Below are positions 1 to 8,344 of a stretch of DNA of 64,000 nucleotides, one piece after another. A model generated the notes under the pieces. It was not told where the DNA came from and ran no database searches. It was given only the letters and a program-made list of their open reading frames with translations. Source of the stretch: an uncultured SAR116 cluster alpha proteobacterium (GTDB lineage Bacteria > Pseudomonadota > Alphaproteobacteria > Puniceispirillales > Marisalimonadaceae); the NCBI GenBank assembly GCA_902593735.1, contig CACJJL010000009.1, positions 6,242 through 70,241 on the forward strand, given 5' to 3'. Position numbers and translations under genes: made by a program. Numbering within the stretch: position 1 is the stretch's first letter; each line of letters opens with the position of its first letter.

Positions 1-888
1 ATTTACTGTTTTTCCCAAAATATCAAATTGCACTGTTTTTGTCCCAACTGTTCCAGCAACAAGAGAACCAGAGTGTATCCCAAGGTGGAGATTCCAAGGC
101 ATTGATGACGTATTTGCAATCTCCCTTAATTTGTAAGAACAATCTACACAAGATTTAACAGGAGAAATGGCGTGTGAAGATAACCCTGCAACTGCAACAA
201 TAGCATCTCCAACTGTTTTAATTTTCTCTAAGCCAAAATCTTCAAAGGCTTTTTCAAAATTTTCTACAAGACCCTGCAATGTTTCAACAACTAATTCTGG
301 GTCATTTTTTTCACAAAATGATGTAAAGCCAACTAAATCACATATTAAAATTGCCACGTCATCATATCTTCTAGACCTAACTTTTCCAGATGACTGAAGT
401 TCATTAGCTACAGAGGTAGGCATAACAGTTTTCAATATTTGTTGTGATCGTTTTTTGTCTGTTTCAACTCTATCTAAATAACTTTCTTCAGTGTCTCTTA
501 ATCTTTTTTTCTCTAGACTTGCTCCAACTCTTGCTTTGAGCAAAGTTCCATTGAAAGGTTTAGTAATGAAATCATCGGCGCCATTTATGATGCATTCTGC
601 AGCTGTTTCTACTTCATCAGAAGCTGTAACCATAATGACAGGAATAGATCTTTGTAGAGGATCACCTTTTAGATATTTAAGAACCTCAAGACCACTCATA
701 TCTGGCATCATAAGATCTAAAAGTATTAAATCAAATTTGTTTTTCGTAGCCATATCAAGAGCTGTTTTACCGCCCTCAGCTAGGAAGATATTTTTATAAC
801 CATCTCTTTTTAATCTTCTTTCAAGCGTATATCTATTATCTTCAATATCATCAACAATTAGTATATTTGCATCCTCTTTGTTAATCAT
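1..888 (-). CDS. Response-regulator receiver (REC)-class III adenylate cyclase fusion, 3'-truncated by window edge
   Basis: Not in the ORF track (no stop inside window). Manual translation from ATG 888 gives MINKEDANILIVDDIEDN...DLILLDLMMPDMSG...DDFITKPF (REC), then ILICDLVGFT, EKIKTVGDA, LGIHSG and QFDILGKTVN (class III cyclase motifs). Start overlaps the stop of the upstream receiver gene. Confidence 0.92.
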   Translation of the reverse strand, partial: MINKEDANILIVDDIEDNRYTLERRLKRDGYKNIFLAEGGKTALDMATKNKFDLILLDLMMPDMSGLEVLKYLKGDPLQRSIPVIMVTASDEVETAAECIINGADDFITKPFNGTLLKARVGASLEKKRLRDTEESYLDRVETDKKRSQQILKTVMPTSVANELQSSGKVRSRRYDDVAILICDLVGFTSFCEKNDPELVVETLQGLVENFEKAFEDFGLEKIKTVGDAIVAVAGLSSHAISPVKSCVDCSYKLREIANTSSMPWNLHLGIHSGSLVAGTVGTKTVQFDILGKTVN

Positions 889-1255
889 TTTTAGTGCCTA
901 ATTGCTCTGATATTTTAGATAATAGCCTATTGATATCTACTGGTTTAGTATCATAATCATTACAACCACTATCAAGTGCTCTTTGTTTATGTTCTTCCAT
1001 TGCATGTGCTGATAGAGCAATTATTGGAATTGATTTAAGCTCATCTTTACTTTTGATGTGTTTAGTTGCAGTCCATCCATCCATTTTTGGTAAACTCAAA
1101 TCCATTAAAATAAGATCTGGTTTCTCTGAAGACGCCATCTCAACACCCTGCTCTCCGTCAACAGCAATAACTATTTCAAAACCTTTCCTTTTTAAACGTC
1201 TTGATAACATATAAACATTGTCTTCGTTGTCTTCTACATATAATATCTTTGTCAT
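881..1255 (-). CDS. Single-domain response regulator (CheY/DivK-like)
   Basis: ILYVEDN, DLILMDLSLPKMDG, ALSAHA, YDTKPV; 124 aa with no output domain. Confidence 0.95.
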   Translation of the reverse strand: MTKILYVEDNEDNVYMLSRRLKRKGFEIVIAVDGEQGVEMASSEKPDLILMDLSLPKMDGWTATKHIKSKDELKSIPIIALSAHAMEEHKQRALDSGCNDYDTKPVDINRLLSKISEQLGTKND

Positions 1256-4200
1256 TTACTATCTCCATTTTTAAATGAAGAAGCCTTAATAACATTACTT
1301 ACCTCATTAACGATTGTAGACATTGTATCTTCACTTTTTTCAAGTATTCTCTGTGTTTCACCTAACAAAAATGTCTTTTCATCTCCACTTAATTCTGCTC
1401 CAGTCAAAACTAAAATTGGAATAGAATTTAATTCAGTTTCTCTTATAGCTTTTAAAAATTCAAAACCATTCATTACTGGCATCATCAAATCTAACAAAAT
1501 TAAATCAGGTTTAATTTCTTCATTCTGTAAAATATTCATTCCAACTTTGCCATTTTCTGCTTCCATAATTTGAACATTTTGTTTTTCTAAAATTTCTTTA
1601 ATTGTAAACCTTAAACTTTCATCATCTTCGATAAGGCAAATCTTGAGATTTTCTTTATCACCTATTAAATTTCTAATTGATTTCATTAGGTATTCTTTTT
1701 GGATAGGTTTTGATAAAAAATCTGCTGCACCTAGGGAAAATCCTTTATTTTTCTCATCTAATATCGAAGCCATAATAACGGGAATATTTGAAACTTCAGG
1801 ATCAGCCTTTAAGGTACGCAGTACTGACCACCCATCCATTTCGGGCATCAAAATATCTAGAGTAATAACATCAGGTTTAAGATCACGTGCTAAACTAATT
1901 CCCTCTTTCCCATTTGGTGCAATAACTACTTTATAACCTTCTTTCAACAATTGACGTTTCATTAGTTCACTCACAGTTGGATCGTCATCAATTATTAAAA
2001 TTGTCTTTCCAGTATTATTTTCTAAAGGGATAACGTTTTCGATTAAAGAACCAGTTTCTTTTTGTAATTTTTTAACACTTTCAGATGCTCCAATGAAGTC
2101 AGCAAGAAATGTTGCAGTAAAAGTAGTACCTTTTCCTAGCTCGCTATTCACTAAAACATCACCACCCATTAAAATTGCAAGCTGTTTGGAAATAGTAAGC
2201 CCTAATCCAGTACCACCATATTTTCTTGTCGTTGAACTATCCGCCTGGACAAATGAATTAAATAATCTAGACATCTGTTCTTCTGACATGCCAATACCCG
2301 TATCAGTCACATCTATAGAAATTAGGTCACCACCTTCACGTAAAATTTTATGAACTGCAACTGTTATTTTACCTTTTTCTGTAAATTTACAAGCATTAGA
2401 AATTAAATTTAAAACAACCTGCTTAACTCTTGTTTGATCTGCTGTTACAAAATCAATATCTGATTTATATTCAATCAATAATTCGTTTTCATTTTTCTGT
2501 GCCAGTGGAGACGAAGTTTTAATAACATCATCTAAAATTTGTTTTAGTTCGAATGTTTCATTAAATAATTCTATTCTACCAGCTTCAATCTTTGATAAAT
2601 CTAATACATCGTTTATTAGGGTTAACAAATGTTTCCCAGCATTAAAAACTCTATCTAGTGGTTCTTCAAAATCATCTAAACCATCATCTGCAGCATCCTC
2701 TTTTAACATCTCAGTTAGACCAATTATGGCGTTTAGAGGAGTTCTTAATTCGTGACTCATATTTGCAAGAAATTGACTTTTTGTCTGGTTAGCTGCATTT
2801 GCTTTTTCTCTAGCTATGTCAAGTTCTGAGATTGTTTTATTTAGTTCTTCTTCACGTTTTTTTAGCTCTGTTATATTTGTAAAAATAGAGAACAAACCAC
2901 CATCATTTAAGCGATTGAAAGTAGCATTCCAATATGTATTATTATAGAATTGTGGAGGTTGAAAAGTAACATCACCTTTTATTTTTCTTCTATTTTCAAT
3001 GGCATTATTAAAATATTCTTGTTCTTCTTCAGAACTATTGAATTTCATAAATTTATGCTTTCTCTGTTTTTGAAGATAATTTTCATACTTTTCTCCAATA
3101 TCAAATTCAATTCCAGCACCACCCTGTATTTCTCTAGCAAATGTATTAGCAAATAATAAGGTGTCGTCTTTATCCCACATGGTTATTCCATGAGGCATAC
3201 TATTTAAAGCATCAGTCATTCTTTTCTCTGTTTCTAGGACTTGTTCTTGTGCCAGTTTTATTTCTTTATCTTTTGCCTTCATTTCTGAAATATCAGAATA
3301 AACTTGCAAAAAACCTCCATCTGGTAACTTTGTATCACTTACTAACCATGAAGTACCGTTTGTAAACGCTAACTCATACATATGGTTCTTAGACGATTTT
3401 GTAGCTACTCTCCTTTGAGCATAAAATTCTTCAGCTGACATTCCCTCAGGGATGGCAACTAAGCCTTTCTTTTCAACATTATCAATCATATCTTTTCTTA
3501 AGATTCCTGGCTTTAAATCAAAATCAAGTTCTTTTTGAACATCTCTGGCTTTTTTATTACCCACAACAAGTTTATGATTCTTATCCCAAAGTAAAATTGC
3601 ATTTGGTGTAGCCTCAATTGAATCACTTAATTGTTTCAATGAAGCTTCTCTTCTTTTCAAATCTGTTATATTAGACAAGATTGAAAACACACCTCCATCA
3701 GGCAACCTGGTTGATGTTGATTGCCAAATTGATCCATCATAAAATGGAGGTGTCTCTGTAGTAAAAACTCCCTTAAATTTTTTTCTTTTTTCTACTGCGT
3801 TTTTATAATATTCAATTTCATCAGGCTTTTTATTGAAGATTAAAAACTTATTTTTCTTGGATTGTTTCATATATTCAGCATATGAGGTTCCAACTTTTAT
3901 TTTAACGTTACCTTTTGTCCATACTTCATTTGCATAGTTGTTAAACATTACTAATTTCATATTTTCGTCCCACATGGTGATACCATGGGGCATACTGTTT
4001 ATTGCATTTGAAATTTTTTCTTCAGCTTCCCTTACTTTTTTCTGACTTTCTGCAACTTCTCTTTCTTTTTGTCTGATTTCTGTAATATCAGTCCAAATCT
4101 GTAAAGTGCCTCCGTCATTCAAACGGGTGAATGATCCTAAAATATCATAAATAACATTTTCTACTTTTATCCGGGTCTCAACTATTTCTCTTCCTTTAAG

Positions 4201-7134
4201 ATTAATAATTCCTTGTTTTCTCTTTTCCACCCATTGTTTTGCTGGCAGACCTTCACTATCCAGTAAAGAGCCTGATTTTAATCCAGCTTCAAGCATTTCA
4301 AATCTAGAAACACCTGGTTTTAGTATTACTCCCATCTTACTTTGAATATCTCTAGCCCGACGATTTGCCATGATTAATCTGTTGTCTTTATCCCATAACA
4401 TCAACATATTTGGTATAATTTCTATGGCATCACTGAGTAATTTTAATGATTTTTCTCCTTTTTTAATCTCAGTAATGTTTATAGAATTCTGAAGAGTACC
4501 ACCATCTGGTAATCTTTTTGCGATATTTAAAACATAATTACCATTTTTTAGTTCTATTTCGTCTCTCTGTTCATTTTTTAAACTTTCATATTCTTTTAAT
4601 TTTGATTCATAAAATTGTTTTTTTGTCATTCCTTTTGGAATATGAACCAGGCCATGATTTACTACGTTTCTCACCATGGAAATTCTTGGCACTCCCGGTT
4701 TCAATTCAAAGTTTAATTTTTTCATGTCTGCAATCGAAGTTTGATTCGCCATTATTAATTTATTTTCTTTATCCCATAGAGAAATACTATTAGGCATAAC
4801 ATCTATAGCGTCTATAAGTTGTTTTTGATTTTTTTCCACAGTCTTTATGTCTGTTACATCTACATAAAGGGATATTGTACTACCATCTTCTAACCTAGTA
4901 TCAGTAGTTAAAATTGTCTTACCATTCGAGAAATTATTTTCCCTGAGCTTTTTACCTTTAAATAATTTCCATTCTTTAATTATTTTTTTTAAATATTGTT
5001 TTTTATTTTCTTCCTTAGGAATTAGTACTTTTTCTTTAAGTATCATGTATTCTAGTAATTGACTTCTTGTAATTCCAATATCTAAATTAAAACCAAGTTT
5101 TTTAAAGAATGAAACGGAACTTTTATTGTTTGCTATTAATTCATCATTCTGATCCCAAAACATTAGTCCGTTTGGTAAGGTCTCAATTCCGTCCTTAAAA
5201 CGTAATAGTTCTTTTTCTTGCTTTTTTGTCGCAGTTATGTCAGTCCATAAAGAAATAGTACTTCCATCATTTAATCTAGTTTCAGTAAATAAAAAAGATC
5301 TACCATTTGTAAATTCAGATTCTCGAGTCCTAGTACCTTTGAATTTCTTCCAATTATCAATAGTATGATTAATTTGTTGATTTTTGGTCATGCCCTTTTT
5401 GATGATAATGACATCGTTTGCATACATGTAGTGAACATGATCAAATCTATTAACGCCAAGTTTAAGGTCAAAGCCAAAATCTTTTACAAAATCAATAGCC
5501 GCCTTGTTACTAGCAATTAATTTATCATTTTTATCCCAAAACATTAATCCATTTGGTAAAGTTTCGATACCATCTCTTAATCTTATTAATTCATTTTCTT
5601 GTTTTTTTATATTTGTAATGTCAGTCCATAAACAAATTGTACTTCCATCTTGTAATCTTGTATCTGTAAAGTGAAGAGTATGATCTGTAAAATTTGATTC
5701 TCTAGTATTTTGACCTTTAAGATTTTTCCACGCTTTTTCTCTATTTTTAAAATGTTGTTTTATGGTTATTCCTTTAGGTGGTTTTTGGTGATTTAAAACC
5801 ATATGTTTTCTCAAATTGCTAAAATTCATACCAATTTTGAGTGTTAAACCATAATATTCAGTTAAATTTTGTGAACTTTCATTAAATGCAATTAAATTAT
5901 CATTTTCGTCCCAAAACATCAGACCGTTTGGGAGAGTTTCTATACCATTTTTTAACCTTAAAAGTTCAGTTTCTTGTTTTTTATTTTCAGTAATATTGGT
6001 TACAAATTGTAAAGTTGATTGGTCAGGCAACCTGTAGGAAGAGGCAAGAAAATGTTGTTTATTAACTATAACTTCGTAAGTTTCTTGATCTTTTAGATTA
6101 TCAAATTGTTTTTTTCTCCCCTCTAAAAATTGGTTAATTGTGACCCCCTTTGGAGGTTCCATCAAACCTTTTTTCAAAGCATTCTTTACCATTTCTACTC
6201 TAGAAGATCCTTTTTTCAGACTAAAACCTCTTTTAGCATTTTCATCTCTTGCTTTTTTATTAGCCATAATGAGTTTATTATCTTTATCCCATAGCATTAG
6301 GTTACTGGGTGTAAATTCAATTGCATCTGCAAGCTGTTTTAACTCAATTTGCTGTTTTTTAAGATCAGTTATGTCAGTGTATACACTCAAAAGAGATCCA
6401 TCTTCAAACCTCGTCTCATTTGCAATGATTGTAGTTCCAGTTTGTAAATTAATTTCTCTTGTTCTTGATTTTAATTCTGCTCTTTCTTGAAGTCTGTTTT
6501 TAATATATTTTGATTTTGAAATACCCTTGGGTAAAATATATAAATTACTGTTAACTTGCTTTTTTAACATTTGTTCATATTTAATGCCTTTTTCTAAAAT
6601 GAAATCAATTCCAGCTTGTTTCATTATTTCTTGGTTACGTTTGTTAGATACAATTAGTTGATCATTTTCATCCCAAAACATAACCCCGCCCGGGAAATTC
6701 TCAATAGCTTCAGACAAACGTTTTCTTTCAAGATCTTGTTCAATAATATCTGTAACATTAGTCATTACCGTTAAAATATAGCCAGAAGGTGTTAGATTAT
6801 CTCTTATCTGAATCCATCTACCTGTTGGGCCTTTTATGACATAATGAGAGGCAATTTTTGTTTTTTTAACTTTTTTATAATTTTCTATTCTTTGATTTAT
6901 TTCTCCTTCTGGTAAGATCTTTAGCTTTTTGAATTTTTCCATCCTGTCATAAACACTCTCACCTATCTCATAATTTACATTGAGCCTATTAAACCTTGTA
7001 AACATAGGTTTGTTTGCAAAACACAACTTATCTTTTTTGTCATATAACAAAATACCAGTTTCATCATTATCAAATGCTTCTATTAAAACCTTTGCAACAT
7101 CCAAATCTTTAAGCATATTCAAACCTTCTTTCAT
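1252..7134 (-). CDS. Giant soluble hybrid sensor histidine kinase: 11 PAS-like repeats, HisKA, HATPase, two REC domains
   Basis: Eleven repeats of type (E/N)xxPxGxxxWDxxxxLxxxN...RLxDGxx...(D/N)IT; H-box FLANMSHELRTPLNAIIG; N-box QVVLNLISNACKFT; DTGIGM, FVQAD, GGTGLGL; REC1 LDILMPEMDG and REC2 LDLMMPVMNG; no hydrophobic TM segment seen. Confidence 0.95.
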   Translation of the reverse strand: MKEGLNMLKDLDVAKVLIEAFDNDETGILLYDKKDKLCFANKPMFTRFNRLNVNYEIGESVYDRMEKFKKLKILPEGEINQRIENYKKVKKTKIASHYVIKGPTGRWIQIRDNLTPSGYILTVMTNVTDIIEQDLERKRLSEAIENFPGGVMFWDENDQLIVSNKRNQEIMKQAGIDFILEKGIKYEQMLKKQVNSNLYILPKGISKSKYIKNRLQERAELKSRTREINLQTGTTIIANETRFEDGSLLSVYTDITDLKKQQIELKQLADAIEFTPSNLMLWDKDNKLIMANKKARDENAKRGFSLKKGSSRVEMVKNALKKGLMEPPKGVTINQFLEGRKKQFDNLKDQETYEVIVNKQHFLASSYRLPDQSTLQFVTNITENKKQETELLRLKNGIETLPNGLMFWDENDNLIAFNESSQNLTEYYGLTLKIGMNFSNLRKHMVLNHQKPPKGITIKQHFKNREKAWKNLKGQNTRESNFTDHTLHFTDTRLQDGSTICLWTDITNIKKQENELIRLRDGIETLPNGLMFWDKNDKLIASNKAAIDFVKDFGFDLKLGVNRFDHVHYMYANDVIIIKKGMTKNQQINHTIDNWKKFKGTRTRESEFTNGRSFLFTETRLNDGSTISLWTDITATKKQEKELLRFKDGIETLPNGLMFWDQNDELIANNKSSVSFFKKLGFNLDIGITRSQLLEYMILKEKVLIPKEENKKQYLKKIIKEWKLFKGKKLRENNFSNGKTILTTDTRLEDGSTISLYVDVTDIKTVEKNQKQLIDAIDVMPNSISLWDKENKLIMANQTSIADMKKLNFELKPGVPRISMVRNVVNHGLVHIPKGMTKKQFYESKLKEYESLKNEQRDEIELKNGNYVLNIAKRLPDGGTLQNSINITEIKKGEKSLKLLSDAIEIIPNMLMLWDKDNRLIMANRRARDIQSKMGVILKPGVSRFEMLEAGLKSGSLLDSEGLPAKQWVEKRKQGIINLKGREIVETRIKVENVIYDILGSFTRLNDGGTLQIWTDITEIRQKEREVAESQKKVREAEEKISNAINSMPHGITMWDENMKLVMFNNYANEVWTKGNVKIKVGTSYAEYMKQSKKNKFLIFNKKPDEIEYYKNAVEKRKKFKGVFTTETPPFYDGSIWQSTSTRLPDGGVFSILSNITDLKRREASLKQLSDSIEATPNAILLWDKNHKLVVGNKKARDVQKELDFDLKPGILRKDMIDNVEKKGLVAIPEGMSAEEFYAQRRVATKSSKNHMYELAFTNGTSWLVSDTKLPDGGFLQVYSDISEMKAKDKEIKLAQEQVLETEKRMTDALNSMPHGITMWDKDDTLLFANTFAREIQGGAGIEFDIGEKYENYLQKQRKHKFMKFNSSEEEQEYFNNAIENRRKIKGDVTFQPPQFYNNTYWNATFNRLNDGGLFSIFTNITELKKREEELNKTISELDIAREKANAANQTKSQFLANMSHELRTPLNAIIGLTEMLKEDAADDGLDDFEEPLDRVFNAGKHLLTLINDVLDLSKIEAGRIELFNETFELKQILDDVIKTSSPLAQKNENELLIEYKSDIDFVTADQTRVKQVVLNLISNACKFTEKGKITVAVHKILREGGDLISIDVTDTGIGMSEEQMSRLFNSFVQADSSTTRKYGGTGLGLTISKQLAILMGGDVLVNSELGKGTTFTATFLADFIGASESVKKLQKETGSLIENVIPLENNTGKTILIIDDDPTVSELMKRQLLKEGYKVVIAPNGKEGISLARDLKPDVITLDILMPEMDGWSVLRTLKADPEVSNIPVIMASILDEKNKGFSLGAADFLSKPIQKEYLMKSIRNLIGDKENLKICLIEDDESLRFTIKEILEKQNVQIMEAENGKVGMNILQNEEIKPDLILLDLMMPVMNGFEFLKAIRETELNSIPILVLTGAELSGDEKTFLLGETQRILEKSEDTMSTIVNEVSNVIKASSFKNGDSK
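2866..7100 (-). repeat. Intragenic tandem array of 11 degenerate ~125-aa PAS-like protein repeats
   Basis: Repeat starts: ETGILLYD, FPGGVMFWD, TPSNLMLWD, LPNGLMFWD (x3), MPNSISLWD, IPNMLMLWD, MPHGITMWD, TPNAILLWD, MPHGITMWD. Boundaries approximate. Confidence 0.88.
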
Positions 7135-7473
7135 TTACATCTTTTTTTCTACTGATCTTAATCTATATGATAAAGCCTTTAAGCAACCTTTTACAAAGAC
7201 ATCTGAATTATTTACACGTTTATCAAATTCATCTTTAGTAATAGAAATAATCTCACTTTCAACTAAACATCTTGCAGTAGCCATTCTTAGTTCATTTTCA
7301 ATTACACCCATTTCACCAAAAAGTTCATTTTCTTGAATAATAAAATTAGGTTTTTTAGTTTCGTTTGTTGGAAGAAAAATACCTACAGAACCTTTCACTA
7401 ATAAATACATTTTATCTGGTAGTTCTCCTACTTTAAAAACACTTTGATTTTCATTATACTTAGTCTTTTCCAT
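7135..7473 (-). CDS. Stand-alone cyclic nucleotide-binding (cNMP) domain protein
   Basis: VFKVGE...MYLLVKGSV...phosphate-binding cassette FGEMGVIENELRMATA; 112 aa, no HTH. Confidence 0.9.
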   Translation of the reverse strand: MEKTKYNENQSVFKVGELPDKMYLLVKGSVGIFLPTNETKKPNFIIQENELFGEMGVIENELRMATARCLVESEIISITKDEFDKRVNNSDVFVKGCLKALSYRLRSVEKKM

Positions 7474-8255
7474 TAGAACTCTATTACCTCATTTTCAGAT
7501 GCAAATTTTACTTTCTTGCTTAATATTTTTTTTTCTATATTTTTTATTTCTTCATCTTCTCTCGACGGTGAATGATGCGAAATAAGGAAGTTTTTAACAT
7601 CAATTTTATCTGCTAAATTAATGCCCTGTTCAATACTAGAATGCCCCCAACCTTTTTTATCAGACAGCTCACTGTCTAAGAACATTCCATCCCAGATAAT
7701 AGTTTCTGACTGATCACAAAAATCAATTAATTTTTCTTCTTGAACATCTTCATATTCATTATCCAATAAATAACAAAACTTTTTTTTATTACTTGTAATG
7801 CTATACCCAGAACAATTTCCGGGATGGTTGAGATCAATTGAATTAATATTTAAATCTTCAAAATTATTTACAACTTGTTCAAAATCCAAAAAATTGAATC
7901 TCTTGATAATTTCAATAAACTCTACTGGAAAATAAGGATTACTATAGTAAGCATTTAAATTGTTATAGGTATCAGTTTTGTTAGAATGAGCTGATGTTAG
8001 AGTAATTTTTTTATTTATATTAATATCATAATTATTAAAAGCTAATCCTTGTATATGATCATGATGGAAATGCGAAATAAATAATATAGTTTCGAGATCG
8101 TTAGAAAAATTAACTTTTGAAAACCCTGAACCGCAATCAAAAATCAGTTGATATTTTTGAGTTTTAATTTCTACACAAGGAGTATTGCCGCCAAAAAATA
8201 AATAATTTTGACTTGGATTTGGTGTTGAACCTCTTACCCCATGATTTATAATCAT
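7473..8255 (-). CDS. MBL-fold metallo-hydrolase, putative cyclic nucleotide phosphodiesterase
   Basis: GVRGSTP, GGNTPCV, DCGSG, SHFHHDH (HxHxDH), HPG, GWGHSS, SHHSP. The PDE role is inferred from the adjacent cNMP-binding and cyclase genes. Confidence 0.85.
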   Translation of the reverse strand: MIINHGVRGSTPNPSQNYLFFGGNTPCVEIKTQKYQLIFDCGSGFSKVNFSNDLETILFISHFHHDHIQGLAFNNYDININKKITLTSAHSNKTDTYNNLNAYYSNPYFPVEFIEIIKRFNFLDFEQVVNNFEDLNINSIDLNHPGNCSGYSITSNKKKFCYLLDNEYEDVQEEKLIDFCDQSETIIWDGMFLDSELSDKKGWGHSSIEQGINLADKIDVKNFLISHHSPSREDEEIKNIEKKILSKKVKFASENEVIEF

Positions 8256-8344
8256 TCAAAACTCATTGTCATTAATTTATGATAAAAAAAATCTTTAACA
8301 TGTAAATATATTTTTGACTTTAGATATAATTGCTTAAAAAAATA

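Noticed and set aside
167-799. Plus-strand ORFs 167-397 and 491-799
   Set aside because: Antisense shadows of the REC-cyclase on the minus strand.
881-1255. Calling the single REC divK
   Set aside because: It is similar in type, but the context is a kinase/cyclase cassette rather than divK-pleD, so orthology is not supportable.
1252-7134. Light sensor (LOV/phytochrome/PYP) or CRISPR-like DNA repeat
   Set aside because: No GRNCRFLQ or chromophore Cys motif. The repeats are degenerate in-frame protein domains of ~375 bp, not identical short repeats with spacers.
1-8255. Anti-phage cyclic-nucleotide system (Pycsar-like cyclase + cNMP effector, Apyc1-like MBL)
   Set aside because: The cyclase is REC-controlled with adenine-specifying Lys/Asp, the cNMP protein has no TIR or TM effector, and a two-component kinase is embedded. 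This fits signalling better than defence, though a pyrimidine-cNMP assay would be a cheap control.
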